Part shown: positions 27,620 to 36,360 of the stretch, piece by piece
How the letters are laid out: each line of letters opens with the position of its first letter
How positions within the stretch are numbered: the stretch's first letter is position 1
Assembly: GCA_965116985.1 (NCBI GenBank)
Contig: OZ220745.1
Location: forward strand, 2,788,461 to 2,852,460
Length of the DNA: 64,000 nt
DNA from: Dehalococcoidia bacterium
GTDB lineage: Bacteria; Chloroflexota; Dehalococcoidia; Lucifugimonadales; G963668185
Direction: 5' to 3'
Program-made: the position numbers and the translations under genes
The notes under the pieces: generated by a model
Told to the model about the DNA's origin: nothing
Database searches by the model: none
Seen by the model: the letters and a program-made list of their open reading frames with translations, nothing else

Positions 27620-28117
27620 ATGACCCCCATCCGCGTTAGAGGCGTTTCCAGCGAGTCCGATTGGCAGGCCGTGAAAGCGTTGCGCATTGCAGTGTTCGTG
27701 GACGAGCAGGGCCTGCCCGCCGAGGTGGAGTTCGACGAATTCGATGCGTCGGCCACGCACGCGGCCGCATTCGATTCGCGCGGCGCGGTCGTGGGCACCG
27801 GCCGTCTGTACCGTGACGCCGATGGCGAGGCTCGGATCGGGCGCATGGCCGTCCGCAGGGACCTGCGCCGAGGCGGCGTTGGCGGCGCTGTGCTCGAGTG
27901 GCTGGAAGCATGCGCTGCGGACCAGGGCGTACTCAAGCTGGCAGTTCACGCTCAGGCATACCTCGAAAGGTTCTACGCCCGTCGGGGCTACGCCGTGGAA
28001 GGCCTGCCGTTCGAGGAGGACGGCCTCCCGCATCTCCGCATGATCAAAGCACTCGGTTCGACCGCGAATGTGAAAGAGCCCGCCGCAGCGACAGCAGGAC
28101 TTACAGAAGAGGAGTGA
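27620..28117 (+). CDS. GNAT family N-acetyltransferase
   Basis: RIGRMAVRRDLRRGGVGGAVLEWLE is acetyl-CoA-binding motif A (R/Q-x-x-G-x-G/A). ATG 27620 is taken as start; the upstream part of the ORF looks non-coding. Confidence 0.8.
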   Translation: MTPIRVRGVSSESDWQAVKALRIAVFVDEQGLPAEVEFDEFDASATHAAAFDSRGAVVGTGRLYRDADGEARIGRMAVRRDLRRGGVGGAVLEWLEACAADQGVLKLAVHAQAYLERFYARRGYAVEGLPFEEDGLPHLRMIKALGSTANVKEPAAATAGLTEEE

Positions 28118-28121
28118 CCGA

Positions 28122-29042
28122 ATGGCCAAGTTGAAAGTGCTGATGACCGGCGCCTCCGGGTACATCGCGAGCCAGATGCTTCCAGCCTTCCGGGAGCGAT
28201 ACGATCTCGTGCTGCTGGACGTGTCTGACTCGGACCGCAACGGTAATCGCGTGGAAGGCGTGCAGGTCGCGGACCTGATCGACGACGACCGCTCGAAGTA
28301 CGCGCACCACTTCGAAGGCGTCGACGCCGTTGTCCACCTCGGCTACAGGGGACGCTCCGGCGAACAGATTGAGCATTACTACTTCGAGCGCCAGAACGTC
28401 GCCATGGCATACAACGTCCTGCGCTGCGCCTTCGATGCGGGCGTGGACCGCGTGGTCATGGCCAGCTCCAACCACGCCGCCGATTGGTACGAGCACATGC
28501 TCATACACAACGGTGAGAAGTCGGTTGTGGAGCCGTACGAGCTCCCGTTGTCCGACAATTTCTACGGCTGGGCAAAGGCCACGTACGAGCACATGGGCTT
28601 CCTGTTCGCGTGCGGCGCGTTCGCCGAGGGCACGGGCGACCCTGCGGCCACCGTGCGCGTTGGCGGCATCAACACCGGTCGGCGCATGAGCGTCGTCTGC
28701 GTACGGATCGGCGCGCCGCGTGACCTCGTGCCCAGCGTGTACGAAGGCAACCCGGCCCTGTACAAGCGTGACCTCGGCGCCTACATCAGCCCGCGCGACA
28801 TCACGCAGCTCTTCCGTCGCTCCATCGAGACACCGGACATTCGCAACGAGCACGGCGTTCCGTGGCTCGTCGTGTATGGCATCAGCAACAACACCCGCGC
28901 CTTCTGGTCGCTCGTCAGCGCTCGCACCGTGCTCGGCTACAAGCCGGAAGACGACTCAGAGGTCAAGTACGCCGCGGACATCGCAGGCTTCCTGACAGGA
29001 GAGGGCGCGTCAGCGCAACCAGGCCGCGTCCAGGCGGAGTAG
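28122..29042 (+). CDS. NAD-dependent epimerase/dehydratase family protein
   Basis: VLMTGASGYIASQM Rossmann motif and YGWAK (YxxxK) catalytic motif. Confidence 0.8.
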   Translation: MAKLKVLMTGASGYIASQMLPAFRERYDLVLLDVSDSDRNGNRVEGVQVADLIDDDRSKYAHHFEGVDAVVHLGYRGRSGEQIEHYYFERQNVAMAYNVLRCAFDAGVDRVVMASSNHAADWYEHMLIHNGEKSVVEPYELPLSDNFYGWAKATYEHMGFLFACGAFAEGTGDPAATVRVGGINTGRRMSVVCVRIGAPRDLVPSVYEGNPALYKRDLGAYISPRDITQLFRRSIETPDIRNEHGVPWLVVYGISNNTRAFWSLVSARTVLGYKPEDDSEVKYAADIAGFLTGEGASAQPGRVQAE

Positions 29043-29115
29043 GCTCAGGTTCGAGAGGTACCACGCATCGCGAACGGCCCTGCCATTGGTCCCGGCAAGG
29101 GAGCCTAAGGCGTGC

Positions 29116-29523
29116 TCAGAACCCCGCCAGCCGCTCCGCGTCCCGGATGTAGTCAATCGTTTCGCGGATCAACTGCTCCGTGTCCTCAATCGGCTCGCAC
29201 AGGCCCGTGTAGAAGCAGTCGCCGTGCAACGCGCCTTGCCTCTCGAAGTAGCGGCCCCGAAGGCTGCGCGCTGATGGATCAGAGACTACTATTGCTCGCA
29301 AGCCCCTCGTAGTGTCCGGCGACCTTGGCGGCAGTTCGCCGGTGCGGGCCAGTATGAGCGCGTCGGTGGCGCGCTTGGTCGCGCACCACGCCTTCTCTGC
29401 GGCGTCCCGCACATCACCAGCGGCCCACTGGCGAAGAGCAGCATCGTGCATTGCGCGGGCGTCGGCGAAAGATCGAGCAGCGTCGTTGGTCGTGGCTAGG
29501 TCCTCACCGTAGTCGCTTTCCAC
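29116..29523 (-). CDS. PaREP1-like small helical protein (second copy of the family at 13366-13716)
   Basis: AAEKAWCATKRATDALILARTG and RQGALHGDCFYTG parallel the EK.WGA and H..FY motifs of the first copy. GTG 29523 (GAGG upstream) avoids overlap with the ThDP gene. Confidence 0.45.
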   Translation of the reverse strand: MESDYGEDLATTNDAARSFADARAMHDAALRQWAAGDVRDAAEKAWCATKRATDALILARTGELPPRSPDTTRGLRAIVVSDPSARSLRGRYFERQGALHGDCFYTGLCEPIEDTEQLIRETIDYIRDAERLAGF

Positions 29524-29567
29524 GCCGCCTCGAGTGCCAAGCGCGGCCGGCCTGACACCTTCAGACC

Positions 29568-31208
29568 CTACCAGTACTTCGGGACGTTCATCTCCTCTTT
29601 GGTTATGACCTCCACCAGCGCCGGCCGTCCCTCGCTCGCCGCTGCCAGGCCGCGGCGCAGCGCGCCGGCGACTTCGTCCGGGGCCGACACCCGCTCCGCG
29701 CTCGCTCCCAGCTCGGTCGCAACGCCCGCGTAGTTCCCGCCCAGCGCGTTGCTGCCGTGCACCTCGGTCGCGTGCGGCATGTGGTTCGAGTAGTTCGTCA
29801 TTACGCCGTTGTTCAGCACAACGGTCAGTATCCCGATCTCGGATCGCACTGCCGTCTCGATGTCCAGCCCTGACATTCCGAACGCCGCGTCGCCCATGAG
29901 GTTGATGACGTTCTTTTCCGGTGCTGCCAGCTTCGCGCCCAAAGCCAGTCCCAGCCCGTAGCCAAGCTGCGTCGACTTTCCCCATCCGAGGTAGCCCCGC
30001 GGAGTCTCGACGGGCCAGAACGGCACAACCTGGTCGCGCGGGTAGCCTGAGTCGTGCGTCAGGATCGTCTCCCGCACGTCGACCACGTTCTCGATCTCCT
30101 TGATCACGCGGTACGGGCTGATGGGCACTTCGTTAGAAGTGAGGTTCGGGCCCCAGTCCGCCATCCACGCCAACTTGACCTGCGCTATCTCGTCGGCAAC
30201 GCCCAGCACGTCGCCGCGGCCATGCTCGCCGGTCTGCCTCCTGACCTCGTCGATCATCTGAGCCAGTACCAGCTTGGCGTCTCCCACCGCCCCGAAATTC
30301 ATGGCCCGTTCCTTGTTCAGGTCCTCGGCGCGCACTGTCACCTGGGCCAGCGTCGCACGCGATGGGACTGGCGCGTTGAAGTTCGACTTCGTGAAGCTCG
30401 TGCCGATCCCAAGCACGAAGTCCGCATGCTCCAGGAAGTGCGCCACCATCTTCGTGCCCGAGTTCCCGCCTGTGCCCAGCGCAAGCCGGTGCGTCTCGGG
30501 GAATGCGCTCTTGCCGGCGAGCGTCGTCATCACCGGCACGTTCGCTAGCTCTGCGAACTCGAGCAGCTCGTCCGTCGCCTCCGCGTACAGCACACCTTGG
30601 CCGGCCGTCACGACCGGTCGCTCCGAGGCGAGCAGGGCCCGCACCACATCACGCACGTCGTCCGGATCGCCGCCCGAGCGTCGCCTCGCCACCGGCTCGT
30701 ACTCTGTGGCGCTTTCAGGCACCTCTTCCTGAGCTACGTCCGACGGAATCTCAACCAGCACCGGACCTGGCCTCCCGTGCTTGAGGTGGGTGAACGCCTG
30801 TCGCATCACGTCCGGAATTCGGCTCGCGAGGCTTGTCGTGCCCGTCCATTTCGTGAAGCCCTCGTAGTTCTTCGCAGCGTCGAAGTACGGGTGCACACCC
30901 TGCCTGTCTCGCGCTTCGCCGCCCGGCAGCAGCAGCAGCGGCACTGAGTCCGCGTATGCCTGCGCCACGCCCGCCATCGCGTTCTCCGCGCCGGGCCCGT
31001 GCTGCATTGTGAAAACTCCCACCGTCCTGCCGTTCTTCACCCGGCTGAAGCCGTCAGCCATGTTCACGCCCGCTCGCTCCTGCCTGCACAGCACCGGGCG
31101 TATGCCTTCGCGTGAGCATGCGTCGATGAGGGACTGCGCCGGGAAGCACGCTAGCCACTCGATGCCCTCGGCCTTCAGGATCTTCGCGACTACAGTGTCA
31201 CCGTTCAA
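29568..31208 (-). CDS. Thiamine-diphosphate-dependent enzyme (acetolactate synthase / sulfoacetaldehyde acetyltransferase-like)
   Basis: Three-domain ThDP fold. N-terminus GDTVVAKILKAEGIEWLACFP, and ThDP motif GDAAFGMSGLDIETAVRSEIGILTVVLNNG. TTG 31208 has AGGAG 7 nt upstream; the ORF track starts at 31277. Confidence 0.9.
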   Translation of the reverse strand: MNGDTVVAKILKAEGIEWLACFPAQSLIDACSREGIRPVLCRQERAGVNMADGFSRVKNGRTVGVFTMQHGPGAENAMAGVAQAYADSVPLLLLPGGEARDRQGVHPYFDAAKNYEGFTKWTGTTSLASRIPDVMRQAFTHLKHGRPGPVLVEIPSDVAQEEVPESATEYEPVARRRSGGDPDDVRDVVRALLASERPVVTAGQGVLYAEATDELLEFAELANVPVMTTLAGKSAFPETHRLALGTGGNSGTKMVAHFLEHADFVLGIGTSFTKSNFNAPVPSRATLAQVTVRAEDLNKERAMNFGAVGDAKLVLAQMIDEVRRQTGEHGRGDVLGVADEIAQVKLAWMADWGPNLTSNEVPISPYRVIKEIENVVDVRETILTHDSGYPRDQVVPFWPVETPRGYLGWGKSTQLGYGLGLALGAKLAAPEKNVINLMGDAAFGMSGLDIETAVRSEIGILTVVLNNGVMTNYSNHMPHATEVHGSNALGGNYAGVATELGASAERVSAPDEVAGALRRGLAAASEGRPALVEVITKEEMNVPKYW

Positions 31209-31355
31209 TGGGTCTCTCCTGTTTGGTGCAATTAATTGGCGCCGCGCCTCCGGCAACTCTTGTCTGCCATGACCCACATGGCCCGAGAGCCTTGCATTGG
31301 CAACGCGCCCCGGTCTCTGGACGGCCTTTGGCCGCGCAACCTTGTGCGTCCGGGG

Positions 31356-32060
31356 CTATGAACTGGCGCCCCCTAGGCTATCCAGCGCCTCTTCGATCGA
31401 CATCGACACGCACGTGAAGATTGGCGTGTCCAGCTTTGTGTACATGCTGCCTTCGATGGTCCTCAGGTCTGCCACCAGGTCCAGGAACTCGCCTGGGTAG
31501 TCGGTCTCGAAACCTAGCATGAACTCGTGGTCGTCCAATCCGAACGAGTAGCTCGTGTGGATGTGCACCGAAGGATACTTGTGCCCGATCCTGAAGTGCT
31601 CGGACATCATCCGCTGCCTCTCCTCTTTGGGCAGCAGGTACCACTCCCTGGTCTTCACGAACGGGTAAACGATCAGGTACTTGGAGCGGGCCGGAATCAC
31701 CTTCGTCCGTGTGCCCTCCTGCCCCTCGTGGCGATGATCGGACACATACTCGGACTGCCTCGTCATCGCGAGGTAAGAGTACGGCTGGTCCATGAACTGC
31801 GACAAGCCCGTGCTTCGAAGCTGCGCCGCGCTGCTCTGCAGACCTTCGAGCGACTCCGACGTGTGCCACAGCAGGAGGTCTGCCTCAGCCCGCAGACCCA
31901 CAAGACTGTAAGCCCGCGTCATGAGCAGGTCCGGCAGCTCGCTCACAACCGCGGCGAACTGGCTCTTCGTATCGGCTCTGCTCTGATCGGTCAGTCCGTA
32001 CCAATCGCGCCGGACCTTGAAGAAATCGTACTTGACGAACTGCCGTCCGTTTCCATCCAT
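31356..32060 (-). CDS. hemQ: Coproheme decarboxylase / chlorite-dismutase-family protein
   Basis: YPFVKTREWYLLPKEERQRMMSEHFRIGHKY and HTSYSFGLDDHEFMLGFE are characteristic of HemQ/ChdC. ATG at 32060 (codon 13 of the ORF) is preceded by AGGAG. Confidence 0.85.
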   Translation of the reverse strand: MDGNGRQFVKYDFFKVRRDWYGLTDQSRADTKSQFAAVVSELPDLLMTRAYSLVGLRAEADLLLWHTSESLEGLQSSAAQLRSTGLSQFMDQPYSYLAMTRQSEYVSDHRHEGQEGTRTKVIPARSKYLIVYPFVKTREWYLLPKEERQRMMSEHFRIGHKYPSVHIHTSYSFGLDDHEFMLGFETDYPGEFLDLVADLRTIEGSMYTKLDTPIFTCVSMSIEEALDSLGGASS

Positions 32061-32175
32061 TTTGGTCGTCTCCTGAAGGGCGCCACATTCTAGCATAGGG
32101 TCCGCGCCGACCCCGCTGAACCGGCCCGCACGGCCGCGCGCCTCAAGCGACTGCGGCGCCCAGCTACGCGTCGCG

Positions 32176-33390
32176 TCAGTCGACGAGCGCTTGGTACACG
32201 TCCGTCTGGAACTCGCGGTCCAGCGGATATTGGGTGCTTGGCATGAACTGCGTCAGCAGGATGGCAGCCAGCTCCTCAGCCGGGTCAATCCAGAACAACG
32301 TGCTCGCGGCGCCGGACCAGTAGTACATGCCATTGGAACCTAGAAGCCCGTGCTCGGCAATGTCCGTCACCACGCAGAAGCCGAGCCCGAATCCACAGCC
32401 CTTGCTGTAAGCGATCGAGCTTGGATCGTCGCTTACAGAGAACGGCTTCAGGTCGTCGGCCAGGTGGTCGGACCGCATCATCTCAACCGTCTTCGGAGAT
32501 AGCAGATGCGCTTCTCCCAACGTGCCGCCGTTCAGAAGCATCTGGCAGAACCGCATGTAATCACCTGCGGTTGACACCAGGCCCCCTCCTCCGGAGAAGA
32601 GTCTGTGCGGCCTCTCGAACCGGCTCACTATGGAGTTGTCGAGCCGCGAGATGCCGCCCCCTGCCTTGCGCGTATAGACCGCCGCGAGCCTGTCCAGCTT
32701 GTCCTCCGGAACGAAGAAGGACGTGTCGGTCATGCCGAGCGGCTCAAGTACTCTGTCCCGTAGGAACTCGTCGAACGGGACGCCCGACACCACTTCCACC
32801 AAGTAGCCAAGCACCGTTGTCGCGCTGCCGTACCTCCACTTGGTGCCGGGCTGGAAGAGCAACGGAATTCTGCTGAGCTTCTCAGTGAACTCCTGGAGAT
32901 TGCTGTCTGGGTCGTTGATCCTCGCCTCCCGGTACATCCTGGAGATGGGGTGGTTCTCGTCGGACCCGTTGCCCATTCCAGCCGTGTGTGTAAGAAGGTG
33001 GCGAACGCTGATTGGGCGCTCGAGCTCAACGAGCCGCATGTCGCCGTCACGCCCGCCGTCATACACCTTCGCGTCTCCAAGCTCCGGTATGAAGTCGCCG
33101 ACCGGGTCGTCCAGGAAGAAGTGCCCTTCCTCTTGAAGCATCATCGCCGCGACGCTTGCGATTGGCTTCGTCATCGAAAAGATTCTGAAGACCGTATCGT
33201 TCCTCATGGGCGCGCCGCTCTCAAGGTCCGCGGCGCCGTGAGTCTCCAGGTGAAACACCTCGCCGCCTCTGGCAAGCATCGTTAGGGCCCCTGCCAACTT
33301 GCCGTCGTCAACGTACCTCTGCATGCGCTTGCCGATCTGGCTGAGCCTGCTTGAAGAAAACCCGACGGACTCGGGAGACACCACGTTCAT
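32176..33390 (-). CDS. Serine hydrolase (beta-lactamase/class-C family)
   Basis: SxxK motif in FRIFSMTKPI, and Tyr motif region YGSATTVLGY. Confidence 0.85.
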   Translation of the reverse strand: MNVVSPESVGFSSSRLSQIGKRMQRYVDDGKLAGALTMLARGGEVFHLETHGAADLESGAPMRNDTVFRIFSMTKPIASVAAMMLQEEGHFFLDDPVGDFIPELGDAKVYDGGRDGDMRLVELERPISVRHLLTHTAGMGNGSDENHPISRMYREARINDPDSNLQEFTEKLSRIPLLFQPGTKWRYGSATTVLGYLVEVVSGVPFDEFLRDRVLEPLGMTDTSFFVPEDKLDRLAAVYTRKAGGGISRLDNSIVSRFERPHRLFSGGGGLVSTAGDYMRFCQMLLNGGTLGEAHLLSPKTVEMMRSDHLADDLKPFSVSDDPSSIAYSKGCGFGLGFCVVTDIAEHGLLGSNGMYYWSGAASTLFWIDPAEELAAILLTQFMPSTQYPLDREFQTDVYQALVD

Positions 33391-33572
33391 GTTGCTTGTG
33401 ACCTCTTCTTAGGCTGGGTTGCCGCCATCACTCACCGCCTGGCCCGCCAGCTTGACACTCCCACTGGCCGTTAGCTAGCATTTTCCTGTCACGGCCAGCA
33501 GCCGTCGGTTCCCGGTCGGGCGTCCGAATGCCCCCGTGCTGCAGGCCGACAGGCGAGCACTGGGGAGACCCC

Positions 33573-33959
33573 ATGGCCGATCGATACCAGCGAGAGATCG
33601 AGGAGATCCTGCAAAGGGCCGGCGAGGTGGCGCCGCCAGTCGCGCCATCGCCCAGGAAGGTGGGCCTCCGACGCATAGTCTGGAACAGCGTCAAGCAGTC
33701 GCTCTCAGGGAAGCCGTTGTCCTTCTCGCCTGGCCGGGCCATGCTTGCGGCCGTACTGCTGCTATTGGCGGCGCTCGTGCTGAATTCCGTTGGCGTGGGC
33801 CCCGTTGCCCTGGTCGCGCTGGCAGGCCTCATCCTGTTCATCGTGGCCTACGGGATGTTCTTCATTCGCCCGCCGAAGGCCCAGAAGCGCTGGCGAGGCC
33901 AGGTAATCGAAGAGGACTCCGGCGGCTCAATCTGGGACCGCTTCCGCCGCCCCCGCTAA
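33573..33959 (+). CDS. Hypothetical small membrane protein (two predicted TM helices)
   Basis: MADRYQREIEEILQRAG..., then two hydrophobic stretches (AMLAAVLLLLAALVL and VALVALAGLILFIVAYGMFF). GGAG lies 5 nt upstream of ATG 33573. Confidence 0.5.
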   Translation: MADRYQREIEEILQRAGEVAPPVAPSPRKVGLRRIVWNSVKQSLSGKPLSFSPGRAMLAAVLLLLAALVLNSVGVGPVALVALAGLILFIVAYGMFFIRPPKAQKRWRGQVIEEDSGGSIWDRFRRPR

Positions 33960-34178
33960 CCCTCGCCAATACGTTCGCTCAGACACCGCCCTGAGATTGA
34001 CGAAGTGGCCCTCCGAAGGATCCTGCCCAACACACCGCTAGCTGTAAGTTCACCGATCCAGTCCGCCATCGTTTCCTGTCTGACACCGGCCTTGCCTCTT
34101 GCTGTCATCCCGAGTCCCTCGAGGGATCTAAGGCTTACCGCCTTAGATCAATCCCGGCCTCACATTGCCGTACAACTT

Positions 34179-34217
34179 CAAGACCCTCCTCTTTCATCAG
34201 GAAAGAGGAGGGTCTTG
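34179..34217. terminator. Perfect 17-bp hairpin between convergent genes (candidate bidirectional terminator; no U-tract)
   Basis: CAAGACCCTCCTCTTTC-atcag-GAAAGAGGAGGGTCTTG lies between the stop of 33573-33959 (+) and the stop of sulfite reductase (-). Confidence 0.5.
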
Positions 34218-34264
34218 TGGCTTCATGGGTTGTCATCCCTAAGGCCGCAGTCTTCAGGGATGGA

Positions 34265-36028
34265 CTAGATCGCGCACTCTCCCTCGCCGCGCTCCATCTT
34301 GTAGATCACGGTCTTGTCCCAGTCAATGTACGTGTCGATCGACTCCCGGTTGAGCTCCCGCGTCTCCCTGTATGCCGTCATGATCGGCTCGAACGTCTTC
34401 GGCCCCACTCGGACAACGAAGTCCTTGAACCGCTCGCCGTCCTCGCGCTGCTCCTTGTACAGATCGATGATCTCCCCAAGGGCTACCGGCACGTTCTTCG
34501 CCGCCACGCGGCCGCGCACGCGCAGTCCGAACCGCGGGTCGCCGCCCTCGTAGCTGCCGCCCAGGAATAGTTCGTAAGACGGCACCTGCCCGCCAGGCGC
34601 CTTCGCCGCAGCCCCGTGGAATCCGATGTCTGCCACGTGGTGCTGGCCGCACCCGTTGGGGCAGCCGCTCATCTTTACGTGCATCTGCCGAACTAGCGGG
34701 TCCGAGGTGTCCAGTTCGTTGATGGCGTCCGAGACCGCGCGGCCCAGGCCCATCGACGATGTGATCCCCAGCTTGCAGCTGTCCGTGCCCGGGCAGGACA
34801 CGACGTCCGTGATCTCGTCCACGCCCGGCTCGCCGAATCCGATCCTGCTCAGCTCCTGCCAAAACTCGTACAGCGCCTCCTCGTGCACCCACCGGAAAGC
34901 TATGTTCTGCTGGTGCGTGAGCCTTCCCCTGCCGCCGGCGTACTTGCGCGAGAGATTTGCGAGATCGTGGAACTGCTCGGCGGAGATGTCGCCCAGCGGC
35001 AGCCTCGCGGTCGCCACCATGTACGGCTCCTGCTTCTGCGGCACTACGTTCGACTCCACCCATCTGGCGAACTCCGGCACGTGTCCGTTGCGGCTGTAGC
35101 CGCCCACCGGAGGCGTCGGCGCGTCGAGCGACTCGTCCTCCACGAACAGCAGTCCAGTCGGATCGAAGTCGCGCTGAGCCCACGGCTGCTTGAGCTCCTC
35201 CTCCACTTCCTTGCGGAACTCGTCAATGCCGATGCGGTCAATGTAGAACTTGATCCGCGCCTTCATCTTGTTCCGCCGGAGCTCGTTCGTCCGGTCGAAG
35301 ATGCGGAACACCGCCTCAGACATCTTGAGGTACTCCTCAACCGGCACGAAGTCGTACAGCACCGGCGCGATGCGCGGCATGATGGACGTTCCGCCGCCGG
35401 TGACCATCTTGAAGCCCTTGCGACCGCCGACGATCTTCGGCACGAAGCCCATGTCGTGGATCGGCGTGATAGCGCAGTCCGCCTCGCAGCCGGAGAATGC
35501 CGACTTCACCTTGCGGGGCATCGCCTGCGTCACAGGATGCCGCACGAAGAAGCGCGCGTAGGCCGCCGCGTACGGCGTCACGTCGAACACCTCGTCAGCG
35601 CATACGCCCGCCATGGGGCAGCCCGTAACGTTGCGTACGGTGTTGCCGCACGCCTCACGGGTGCTCATCCCCGACTCGGCAAGTACTCGCATCATCTTGG
35701 GAGTGTCTTCAAGCTTGATGTGGTGGTACTGGATGTTCTCGCGCGTGGTCACGTGACCCTTGCGCAGCGGCGCGAACCTGTCGGACGCCACGCCCAGCGC
35801 GTCCAGCATCTCCGCCGTAACGCCGCCGAACGGCGCCTTCACGCGCACCATCTGCGAGTCAGGCTGTCGCTGGCCGTACACGCCCTGCTTCAGCCGGAAC
35901 GCCTGGAACTCTATCTCGTCCCACTCGCCCGCCTGGAACTTCCTTACCTGGTACTCGAAGTCGTCGAGCTCCTGCGGCAGGATCTCCAGGACTCCCTTGG
36001 TAATCGGACGATTCGCCGTCTGTGTCAT
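34265..36028 (-). CDS. sir: Ferredoxin-dependent sulfite reductase (NirA/Sir siroheme-[4Fe-4S] hemoprotein)
   Basis: Two nitrite/sulfite reductase repeats, with cluster/siroheme Cys motifs CPGTDSCKLG and SGCPNGCGQHH. Confidence 0.9.
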   Translation of the reverse strand: MTQTANRPITKGVLEILPQELDDFEYQVRKFQAGEWDEIEFQAFRLKQGVYGQRQPDSQMVRVKAPFGGVTAEMLDALGVASDRFAPLRKGHVTTRENIQYHHIKLEDTPKMMRVLAESGMSTREACGNTVRNVTGCPMAGVCADEVFDVTPYAAAYARFFVRHPVTQAMPRKVKSAFSGCEADCAITPIHDMGFVPKIVGGRKGFKMVTGGGTSIMPRIAPVLYDFVPVEEYLKMSEAVFRIFDRTNELRRNKMKARIKFYIDRIGIDEFRKEVEEELKQPWAQRDFDPTGLLFVEDESLDAPTPPVGGYSRNGHVPEFARWVESNVVPQKQEPYMVATARLPLGDISAEQFHDLANLSRKYAGGRGRLTHQQNIAFRWVHEEALYEFWQELSRIGFGEPGVDEITDVVSCPGTDSCKLGITSSMGLGRAVSDAINELDTSDPLVRQMHVKMSGCPNGCGQHHVADIGFHGAAAKAPGGQVPSYELFLGGSYEGGDPRFGLRVRGRVAAKNVPVALGEIIDLYKEQREDGERFKDFVVRVGPKTFEPIMTAYRETRELNRESIDTYIDWDKTVIYKMERGEGECAI

Positions 36029-36072
36029 TTAGTGCTCCTGTCTGCCGCCTGTCGCCGTTTTGGCCGGGGCAT

Positions 36073-36106
36073 AGAAAAACCCCGGTCGGGCATCGGCCGA
36101 ACGGGG
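36073..36106 (-). terminator. Intrinsic-terminator-like hairpin plus U-tract inside the sir 5' leader
   Basis: Minus strand reads CCCCGUUCGG-ccgaugc-CCGACCGGGG (9/10 bp) followed by UUUUUCU. It ends ~45 nt upstream of the sir ATG. Confidence 0.55.
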
Positions 36107-36147
36107 CAGTTTTCGCTAGTTTTCTTGTAACGGAACGCCCGTCGACC

Positions 36148-36198
36148 CTACCGGCCGACGGTACAGAAGCAAACCTGTGTAGTTGTGCGGGTTTGCAT
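36148..36198 (-). CDS. Candidate 16-codon leader mini-ORF MQTRTTTQVCFCTVGR
   Basis: ATG lies 10 nt downstream of a TAGGTT -10 box. There are two Cys codons. It overlaps a 7-bp hairpin (GCAAACC/GGUUUGC). Below the ORF-track size cutoff; purely predicted. Confidence 0.3.
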   Translation of the reverse strand: MQTRTTTQVCFCTVGR

Positions 36199-36208
36199 AG
36201 CAGCTAAC

Positions 36209-36237
36209 AACCTATCAGCCGTTATACCTGCCGTCAA
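36209..36237 (-). promoter_or_regulatory. Sigma-70-like promoter candidate for the sir leader
   Basis: Minus strand reads TTGACG - 17 nt - TAGGTT (T1, A2 and T6 of the -10 conserved). Confidence 0.4.
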
Positions 36238-36360
36238 CCGTTTGCGTGTGCCCCAAAGGCCACTTTGAACTTGGACAACGCGGCTTCACTGTGCGGTCAT
36301 GCCGGCGCAGGCTGGTATCCAGGGGTGATGCGTGGGGCCACTACTGCAACGCTGCTTCCC

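Noticed and set aside
29524-29985. Long version of the PaREP1-like ORF (289 aa).
   Set aside because: The upstream 154 codons overlap the 3' part of the ThDP enzyme gene on the same strand in another frame and are Arg/Gly-rich. GTG 29523 with an upstream GAGG gives a family-sized protein.
34883-36130. 415-aa plus-strand ORF opposite sulfite reductase.
   Set aside because: It is antisense to a gene with siroheme/[4Fe-4S] Cys motifs and has a shadow-ORF composition.
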